Shown piece by piece: positions 55,058 through 64,000 of a stretch of DNA of 64,000 nucleotides. The notes below the pieces were generated by a model. It had not been told where the DNA came from and searched no databases. It worked only from the letters and a program-made list of their open reading frames with translations. Made by a program: the position numbers and the translations under genes. How positions within the stretch are numbered: position 1 is the stretch's first letter; each line of letters opens with the position of its first letter. Source of the stretch: Methanobacteriota archaeon (GTDB taxonomy: Archaea > Halobacteriota > Bog-38 > Methanoflorentales > Methanoflorentaceae); NCBI GenBank assembly GCA_963719035.1, contig CAVRAO010000002.1:704001-768000 (forward strand). Reading direction: 5' to 3'.

Positions 55058-58000
55058 TTAAGTGGTGCCGACGGTGACGCGGAGGCCGGCTTTGGAAGCG
55101 GCGTTGGAGGTGTCGCCGTAGAAGGTCGCTTGGTAGAGGTAGGTGCCCTGGGTGGCCTCGCTGTGGGTGAAGGTGTAGCCCCCTGAGGAGTTGGTGGTAA
55201 CGGTGGCAGGGGTAGACCATTGTCCGTTAGGGTCCTGTTGGACGAGGGCGATCGTTTTGCCGGCGAGGGGGGTGCCCGTTGAGGTGGCCTTGAGGGTGCC
55301 CGAGAGGGTGAAGGAGTTGCCTATGGCGGGGATGGCATTAGACGTTTTAATAGAGAGGGTCGTGGCTTGGAGCGTGCCGACGGTGACGCGGAGGCCGGCT
55401 TTGGAAGCGGCGTTGGAGGAGTCGCCGTAGAAGGTCGCTGGTAGAGGTAGGTGCCCTGGGTGGCCTCGCTGTGGGTGAAGGTGTAGCCCCCTGAGGAGTT
55501 GGTGGTAACGGTGGCAGGGGTAGACCATTGTCCGTTAGGGTCCTGTTGGACGAGGGCGATCGTTTTGCCGGCGAGGGGGGTGCCCGTTGAGGTGGCCTTG
55601 AGGGTGCCCGAGAGGGTGAAGGAGTTGCCTATGGCGGGGATGGCATTAGACGTTTTAATAGAGAGGGTCGTGGCTTGGAGCGTGCCGACGGTGACGCGGA
55701 GGCCGGCTTTGGAAGCGGCGTTGGAGGTGTCGCCGTCGAAACCTGCCTGGTAGAGATAAGCGTCTTGAGTCCCCTCACTGAGCGTGAAGGTGTAGGCACC
55801 GTTAACGTCTGTGGTCGCAATGACGCCGAGGTTGGACCATCGGCCGGCGGAGTTTTGTCGTTGGAGGACAATCGATTTGCCCGACAGAGGATCATTGTTA
55901 GCCTTGGCTTTTAGGGTACCCGAGAGTGTGAAGGACTGACCGACTGACGGGTTGGCGTTGGACGCTTTGAGAGAGAGCACGGTGGGTTGCAGCGTACCGA
56001 TGGCGACGCTGACACCAGAAGATTCGATGCTAAGATAGTCCTGATCGCCGGAAATTAGCGGTGTATTTGTAGGATCCACCCGAATCCTCGGCCCGCGTTA
56101 GTGTGTAGTAGCCGTTTGCATCGGTGTATCGTTGCGCGAGCAGTATCAAGTCCTGCCCACTGGGACTGTGCCGGTAGATTTCAAGCTGCTTATCGTGGAG
56201 GGGAATGCCGTTCGTATCGCGGAGTACCCTGAGAGCGTGAACACTTCGTTGATGGCCGGGTTGGAGTCTGACGTCGCGATGGAGATAGTGGCAGATTTAA
56301 GGGTGCCAACGCCAACTTGCGTCCTTCCCGATGAGCCGGCATACTGTGCGTCACCCTGGAACCAGAATTCATATCGATACGTGCCTGGAGTTGCTCCGTG
56401 TACGTGGCGACATAGCGGCCGTTAACGTCGGTCGTCGTGCTCCCGAGCGATTTCCAGGCCCCTGAGGGTAGGCGACATTGTTTGTCAATCTTCTTTCCTG
56501 ACAGTCCTATTCCTTCTGCATTCATCAAATATCCGGTATACGTGAATGCTTGACCTACCGCTGGACTGCTATTAGAGACACTTATGGAAAGCGTGGTTGT
56601 TTGTAGGTTGCCGACGATCACCGGGTCGAGGACCATCGAGCTCATGCAAATAGGTTGTGTCGCCGTAGAAATCGACTGAATACACATAGGTGCCGGCGAC
56701 AGATTCGCTATAGGCTAGCTCAAAGTAGCCGGAGGCATTGGTGGTTACGGTGCCGATAACCGTTGCTGCCGCGCAAGAGTTCTTGCGGCCGATTTGCACG
56801 TGCTCCCCTGCGAGCGGAGCACCCGTGGTTCGTCTTGTAGCCATCCGAAAGGAGGGATGACTGGCTAACGGCAAGCGTAGTGTTCACCGTGAAGAGGCTC
56901 ACCGTCGACTTTTTGAGATTGCCGATGTTAACGGACAGTGAGGCAGCGGATAGCGAGTAGGAGGCGTGCCCATTGAAACTGACGTAATACAAGTAGCTGC
57001 TTGGAGTGGCCTCGCTGCGGAAGAAACGATAGACGCCGTTAGTGTCGGTGGTGGCGGTCCCAAGATTAGTCCACTGCGCGCTTGCGTCTCTTCGGAGGAG
57101 GGCGATCGTTTTGCCGGCGAGGGGAGTGCCCGTTGAGGTGGCCTTGAGGGTGCCTGAGAGGTTGAATTCTTGGTTGGCGTTGGGGGTGGTGTTAGAGGCC
57201 GCGATGGACACGGTGGTCGATTGGAGCGTGCCGACGGTGACGCGGAGGCCGGCTTTGGAAGCGGCGTTGGAGGTGTCGCCGTAGAAGGTCGCTTGGTAGA
57301 GGTAGGTGCCCTGGGTGGCCTCGCTGTGGGTGAAGGTGTAGCCCCCTGAGGAGTTGGTGGTAACGGTGGCAGGGGTAGACCATTGTCCGTTAGGGTCCTG
57401 TTGGACGAGGGCGATCGTTTTGCCGGCGAGGGGGGTGCCCGTTGAGGTGGCCTTAAGGGTGCCCGAGAGGGTGAAGGAGTTGCCTATGGCGGGGATGGCA
57501 TTAGACGTTTTAATAGAGAGGGTCGTGGCTTGGAGCGTGCCGACGGTGACGCGGAGGCCGGCTTTGGAAGCGGCGTTGGAGGTGTCGCCGTAGAAGGTCG
57601 CTTGGTAGAGGTAGGTGCCCTGGGTGGCCTCGCTGTGGGTGAAGGTTAGCCCCCTGAGGAGTTGGTGGTAACGGTGGCAGGGGTAGACCATTGTCCGTTA
57701 GGGTCCTGTTGGACGAGGGCGATCGTTTTGCCGGCGAGGGGGGTGCCCGTTGAGGTGCCTTGAGGGTGCCCGAGAGGGTGAAGGAGTTGCCTATGGCGGG
57801 ATGGCATTAGACGTTTTAATAGAGAGGGTCGTGGCTTGGAGCGTGCCGACGGTGACGCGGAGGCCGGCTTTGGAAGCGGCGTTGGAGGTGTCGCCGTAGA
57901 AGGTCGCTTGGTAGAGGTAGGTGCCCTGGGTGGCCTCGCTGTGGGTGAAGGTGTAGCCCCCTGAGGAGTTGGTGGTAACGGTGGCAGGGGTAGACCATTG

Positions 58001-58378
58001 TCCGTTAGGGTCCTGTTGGACGAGGGCGATCGTTTTGCCGGCGAGGGGGGTGCCCGTTGAGGTGGCCTTGAGGGTGCCCGAGAGGGTGAATTCTCGGTTG
58101 GCGTTGGGGGTGGTGTTAGAGGCCGCGATGGACAGGGTGGTTTCTTCAACCGACAACGAGGCGTCCCCCACCAGCTTGACTGTCGGTTGCTCCGATTTTG
58201 ATACGTTGTCGGCTGATCCAAAGGTCAGCGGTTGATCATTCGCTTCGACCCGAGCTGCGTTGGACTGGCCATTTGCCAATGCAAAACTGGACTTTGTTCC
58301 AATGCACGATCCGACGTTGCACAATAACAAGATCGAAATCACAAGAGCGGCAGCGGCAACCTTTGTTTTTGTCGACAT
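55058..58378 (-). CDS. secreted protein of ten ~103-aa Ig-like repeats (~1100 aa), frameshifted
   Basis: Signal peptide MSTKTKVAAAALVISILLLCNVG. Repeats of TTLSI..SN..P..G.SFTLSGTL....G.PL.GK.I.L......W....T.TT...G.Y.F...E...GTY.Y...F.GD. Ends RVTVGTT* with no anchor. Confidence 0.85.
55065..58150. repeat. 309-bp near-identical intragenic repeats (two copies plus three copies flanking five divergent units)
   Basis: GTGCCGACGGTGACGCGGAGGCCGGCTTTGGAAGCGG recurs at 55065, 55374, 55682, 57228, 57537 and 57843. Confidence 0.95.
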
Positions 58379-59004
58379 TTACCCCGCTTCACCGAAGTGT
58401 CACACCGTTACGACGAGCGTCTCAAATTGCGTTTATTTTACTGAAGAATGGTTGAAATAGGACATAAACGTTTCTTTGTTGATTATTGTCAATATAGCCT
58501 TTTTTAGACAACTGCAAACGCAATTAACGCCGGTGCGCGCTCATTCCTGTTGAATACCAAGTCATTGGCACGCAACTTTCAAGAGTTGGTCCAGCGATGT
58601 CAAACGCATAAGCGTTGCTTCACGATTCCGAGCATTCTGCGTGTGGCGAGGCTAAAGATCAATGCACGCCAATGGAATAATGCGCGCCGCATAATCGCAC
58701 TGTTGAGGCGTCTAAGATCCTGAGGGAATCGCGGAAACGAACTCATTTATCAAAGTTCACCACAAATGAGGGAGCTGACACAGGTCAACTCTGCACGAAG
58801 CCAATACAGCTATAGCGCTCGCACAACTGCAATGAGTGTGATGCTTTCCAAACGCGTCTGAAGTTGCGCTGCGTGCTCAATAAGGCGTTTCGAAAAACTC
58901 CACATCATTAAAAATGGAGCAAAGAGGATGGTCGTGACGCAAAATGGTCTCGAATCTCGGCGCCCCCCAAAAAGACTGGACACCGTGCACTCTTTGCTCA
59001 GCGA

Positions 59005-60438
59005 ATGGGGTTAACAGCAATAGCGAACATCGCTGTCGTTCTTAGTAACATCATTCTGCTCCCAATTCTAACCAAGACGCTTCCGATAGAGGCGTATGGA
59101 AGTTGGTCTTTGGTGATGGTCACAACCAATCTTGTGCCGAGCTTCACGACTCTAGGGCTAACGATCTCCTTGGTCCGATTTCTGTCCGGATCAACGAATA
59201 AGAAACACATTCAAGAGGGTTTCTATTCGATGGCATTTCTGATCTTGCTTACAATTACGATTGCCGCCGGGCTTTTCTTTGTGTTTGCGCGGCAAATAGC
59301 CGCGAGTCTTTTTGGCGGCGATCTCACGGCTGCGTTGCTGCTGGCCCCAAACATCTTTTTGGCGTGCTTCATTTACTGGCTTCCCAACTACTTTCGGGCA
59401 TTCCACCAGATAAAAAAGTTCGCGATTCTTATCGTTTCTCAAGCCTATCTAAATACGGCCCTCATCGGGTATTTTGTCCTGTCGGGCCAAGGGCTAAAGG
59501 GAGCGTTGATCGGACTTCTGGTCCAACAGCTATTCGAGTTGGTCGTTATCGCTTACGTCGTTACGCGCGAGATCGGCGTTATCATCCCTACATTTTCGTA
59601 GTATGTGAGAGATTACCTCAGCCTCGGCATACCCCTTGTTCCGTCAAGCATCTCCAGCTGGGTCGTAAGCTCAAGCGATCGCTATCTGATCGGCTTATTA
59701 CTTGGTATTACAGCAGTCGGCTATTATTCACCACCCTATGCTCTCGGGACTACCCTCATACTTGTCGCCTACCCCTTTTCACAGACGGTGGGCCCAGCGG
59801 TAACGAAGTATTACGAGCAGAATAACCTCGAGGAGGCACGGGTGATCTTGAAGTATTCATTTAATTGGTACGATTGTGGCATCGGGATACCGACCGTATT
59901 TGCGTTATCTGTCTTTTCAAAGCCCCTGCTGATCATACTGACCACACAAGAGATAGCAACGAACGGATATTTGGTCACTCCTTTCGTTGCGCTCGGAGCA
60001 ATGCTCTTTGGCGCGTATCAAGTGATCGGTCAGGGGATTACGTTGAAAAAGAAGACTATCCTCACAGGCATGATATGGACGCTAAGCGCTGGCGTAAATC
60101 TTGGATTGAACTTGCTAGCCATCCCTTATTTTGGCATCGAGGGCGCTGCAGCGACTACGCTGCTGGCCTATTTGTGCGCTTTCGTGCTTGCGACGTTTTA
60201 TTCGCTGAGATTATTTGCGTTCGACGTCAGCGGTAGATTCATTCTGAAGAGCGTTGGTGCCTCTATTGCTGGATCGATCATCCTTCTTTTATGGAATCCA
60301 TCTCGATTACCAAGCATATTTGCAGCCATTTTGCTCTTTGCAGCTCTCTATCTCGGTATGCTATTTTTGATGCGAGGTATCACCGTATATGAGATCAAAT
60401 TCTTTCTGCGGGCGTTTGCTCGCGGGGAAGCTGCTTGA
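59005..60438 (+). CDS. wzx: archaeal-type MOP flippase interrupted by an in-frame TAG at 59599-59601
   Basis: LLPILTKTL..EAYG.W, SSWVVSSSDRYLIG...VGYYSPPY, NLGLNLLAIPYFGIEGAA. The two ORFs share one frame; the true start is probably slightly upstream (LFAQR precedes the ATG). Confidence 0.85.
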
Positions 60439-60896
60439 CAGTTGGGCTGACAGTAATTGCTCACCGAGATTGAAACTGGGCCCTAGGCTTTCCTGTCTCA
60501 TTCATTTAGCTCCTCAGGAGTTCCCAACCAATCGGCAAGCGATCTCCGGACGAGAGTAGCAAAAAGAAGCGGTACCCAATCAACCCTAAAGGCGACGGGA
60601 AAAATGATCGATTGGAGTGTTACGTCAACCATCGCGATTACGGACTGCGGCCACGAGCATCGCAATCAGATTCGGCACGAAGCACTCCCTGCACTGTCAA
60701 CGGCCGATTTCAGAAGGAAGGGCAGAACGGGGACAAAACGACCTGGGCAAAATAAAAGCGATACATACTTCAAGTTCTTATTCGCAGAAAGACCAACATA
60801 ATCATACCACGCCACATTTCAGTGACTTGCCGCACGTGCATCGGCCGCTAGTTCGCTGAAAATCATTAGGAGTGTGCAAAAAATGTGGGGAGTTAA

Positions 60897-61831
60897 ATGC
60901 GGGCATTAGTCACGGGATGCGCAGGATTCATCGGGTCGCACCTCACGGATAGACTTTTGCGAGAGGGTTGCGAGGTCATTGGAATTGACTGTTTCGCCGA
61001 TTATTACTCTCGAGAACTAAAAGAAAAAAATTTAGAGTTAGCCAAAGAGTTTGAAAACTTCACGTTTGTCAAGAAAGACATTCTAAAGGTGCACGAGTTC
61101 CCAAAAGTGGGATGACGTTTTTCACATGGCAGCACAACCGGGCGTCCGTGCATCGTGGGGTAAGAATTTCACAGCGTATTCACGAAACAACATTGAAGCA
61201 ACGCAGTGGCTCCTTGAGTTTTACGCATCCGAGCGCATTAATAAGTTTATATATTCCTCATCTTCTTCAGTATATGGTGACTCCACGCTGCCGATGCGGG
61301 AGGACTCCCTGCCCAAGCCCATCTCACCTTACGGTGTCACCAAGTTAGCAGCTGAGCATCTCTGCTATCTGTACTGGAAAAGCTTCAACGTCCCAACGGT
61401 CTCGCTGCGCTATTTTACGGGTGTACGGTCCAAGACAACGCCCTGACATGGCAATTCATAGATTCATAGCAGCACTAGAGAGCGAAGCAACGATAGCTGT
61501 TTACGGAGACGGAACGCAGACGAGGGACTTCACTTATATAAGTGACGTTATTGAGGCCCTCGTATTGGCTGGTAAAGCTCAGTTCTGTGGTGAGACGTTT
61601 AATGTAGGCGGCGGGACCCAGATAAGCGTAAACGAGCTTATCGCAAAAATCGAGCATATCACCCAAAAGGATGCTCACGTAGAACGCTTTGCGAATCAGA
61701 AAGGCGATGTAAAAAACACGCAGGCGGACATAAGCAAGGCCGAGGACTTGTTAGGTTGGACACCGCACACTCCGATCGACGAGGGGCTTGAAGCGTATGC
61801 TCGCTGGTGCAGCGAACGTCGCAGGAGATAG
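60897..61831 (+). CDS. UDP-glucose/UDP-glucuronate 4-epimerase-like extended SDR, two frameshifts
   Basis: [59 protein letters not shown]. Confidence 0.9.
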
Positions 61832-62220
61832 ACCCAGTTAAGTGAAACGGTGCTTAAGGCCGCAGCAATGTCTGACAGGCCTTCCGTATTTAACTAATCA
61901 AGGAAAACGCGGATCTCCCAACGTCAGTTGTTGTTAGACTTCTTCATGTAAGAGGTTCATCCGCGTTTAGCAGCTAAGCAGGAATACGCAACCGCGTGCT
62001 GTGCCGAGTAGAAAGTCCAATACCTGGTCACCGATAAGTTGACGAGAGTCATCCCCGAACTCGGGTAAAACACGTCCGGTTTTGAAGAGATTCCGCTATA
62101 GAAAGTCTGGTACGCGGCGCCGTGCGCCAGGTTGCCAAATTGTCGAAGGAGTTGCCCCAATAAGCGTCGAGTCTTTCGGTTCACGATCGTCAGCGCTCTG
62201 AGACGCCCACCCGTAGTTGT

Positions 62221-63394
62221 CTAGCGCCTTGCCACACCTCTTATGTCAACGCCCGTAATATTGCTTTCGTCGCTGAAATCCTCGCGGAAATCCTTAATAG
62301 CACCCTTCTCAGCCTGCTTTTCAGTCGACCTTCTAAGCGACGCTCGTTTTATGGGCTTTAGCACGTACCGATTCTGATACTGCGTGCCATTGAATCTGAT
62401 GGCCAATTGTAGGTCCTTTATCCGTTCAATAGTCGTAGACTCTCTTTTCACGAAAGCTTGCAGTGCTTGTTCAAGCTCGTGAGTTGACCATGAGCGACCC
62501 GAGGCGCACCTCGTGTGGCAAGGAGGACTCGTCTAATTGATACGCTTTAACAAAAAGGAGTTGTTTGCCCCGTTTTTGAAACGCAAATTCCACGCCTATA
62601 GATCTTTTTCTTTGCGGAAAAAGGGGCAGAGACTGGCGGGAGACGGTTCCATCTCGGACGATATCGTATTCAAACTCTGAAAAATTGAAGTTGCCTAAAC
62701 CGTAGCAGATGATACCGTCTTTGTAGCGTTCTATTCCCTGGATCAAGTGCGCGTGTGTGCCTAATACGACGCTCGCGCCTGCATCAATTGCGCTGTGTGC
62801 AACCATTATCTGATCGGGGGTGGGATAGTGAGCATCTTCTGCGCCCCAGTGGAGGGCGATATCACGTGGTCGACTTGGCCTTTTAGCTGCGAAATGTCCT
62901 CCCGCATATAACCTGGAGCAAGCGGGCAGACTCCAGGCGTGACGGCCGTCGCATAATTTTCACCGTTTGTGCTCAAGCAACTATATCCTATGAAGCCAAG
63001 AGCTACCCTGTCTCTGCGCACAATGACTGGTTGAAGGGCCGCCCAGATATCATCTCCGTAACCAAAATAGATCTTTTTTTGACTATCGAGCACATCAATC
63101 GTATCTTTCACGCCCGCAGCTCGTGCGTCAGAGATATGATTGTTGGAAAGCGAGAATAGGTCTATCCTCGGCAGTTTGCTAAAGAGAGAAGGATGACACG
63201 AGAGGGATAACTTGTTCAAATTCACGTTCTTGTTTGTCGTCAAGACGCATTCCAAATTGGCGATAATGACGCCGTCGGTACGCCTCAAATTCCTCGCAAA
63301 GAATCGTATATCTGGCGCTCTTTGTGAACTGCGTTATATCGAACCCGCGTAAACAAATGTCCCCCACAGCAAGCAATCGAACCCCGTCAGCCAT
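62221..63394 (-). CDS. CapA/PgsA-like metallophosphatase family protein, frameshifted
   Basis: LLAVGDI, IANLEC, SLSNNHISD, HWG(A)E in a shifted frame, VLGTHAHLIQGIE, YGLGNFNF. Confidence 0.85.
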
Positions 63395-64000
63395 AGCCTT
63401 TATCTGAAAGATAACACACCCTTTCGCCGTAAAAAATTCTCTGTATGCGAGCACGCCTGGAACTGGTACGAATTCGGTTGTTTCAGACGAGTTGTGTTTC
63501 GACCAGATTCATCGAGTATGCATGCTCTGCGAGTCAAGAACGGGGTTATGCTTCCGAGCGCTTTGCAAAGCTCGCTTCTTTTTTACGCGCCGAATTCTAG
63601 GGGGATAAGCTTTCGTATCAGTTGAATCGAAAGCGTAAAACGTGATTATAAGGAACTACGTCAGCTGTTACAGAGTTATATTCTCTCAGACTAGGATCGT
63701 CGAATTTTTATCTGTGTTGCGAGGGGCCCCGAACGTCCTTCTAATTAACAAAGACATAAGTGGAGTGAAAAAATGCAGGACCTGGATAGCAAAATCCGGG
63801 AGCGTCGAATTGACCGGTTTCGCGCAAGCGACGGACAATTGACAAGCCTACTCGTGACTGTTATTCTGCGCTCGTTGTCTATGTCTCCGCAAAACTTTGG
63901 ACTCGTTGGCGTCATACTAGTGTTTTCATGGCATAGCTGCAATTTTGATGGACGTCGGATTTGACCTGGCCTTGGTTCAAAAAGTGGATGTCGAGCGGCG

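Noticed and set aside
42151-58378. Archaeosortase/PGF-CTERM or AglB system
   Set aside because: No exosortase-family motifs, no PGF/PEF-TM-basic tail and no WWDYG motif were seen in any translated ORF.
7463-63394. Programmed frameshifting or phase variation as the cause of split genes
   Set aside because: Shifts are scattered, lack long slippery tracts, and also appear as random deletions in identical repeats.
1-64000. Genome-wide TAG-to-pyrrolysine recoding
   Set aside because: TAG ends several genes at their expected C-termini (6385, 13646, 21613, 40185, 61831), and one abuts the next ATG.

Overview
This 64 kb window is almost entirely a cell-surface and glycan locus of an archaeon. DUF2206/DUF1616 membrane proteins, TATA-type promoters and an archaeal-type tRNA fragment suggest a Halobacteriota/Methanomicrobia-related organism; the taxonomy is inferred. 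It holds two Wzx flippases, several GT2/GT4 glycosyltransferases and two DUF2206-like multi-TM proteins. A bacterial-type cassette encodes RfbF, a C-methyltransferase, an epimerase, an SDR, RfbC, DUF4910, a PIG-L deacetylase and a pyruvyl-transferase-family protein. A further operon encodes two extended SDRs (one WbmF-like), GT4, Gfo/Idh/MocA and CapK, followed by AsnB and another GT4. Also present are DUF4012 and DUF4352 genes, a GC-rich DUF1616-DUF4129-DUF4350-MoxR-DUF58 module ending in a Cys-rich V4R-like membrane protein, an Ig-domain/CPBP protease fusion, a ~1100 aa secreted protein of ten ~103-aa Ig-like repeats, and a tandemly duplicated secreted TIM-barrel-like protein with Big_5 domains. 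Non-coding signals include an orphan 3' tRNA-Val(TAC) fragment (likely att scar), a 3 x 31-bp spaced repeat array with a palindromic core, and several decayed gene remnants that suggest serial cassette replacement. Many genes carry single-base frameshifts; near-identical repeat copies differ by isolated 1-bp deletions, so most are probably long-read consensus errors. All family calls come from motif recognition by eye, not database searches.
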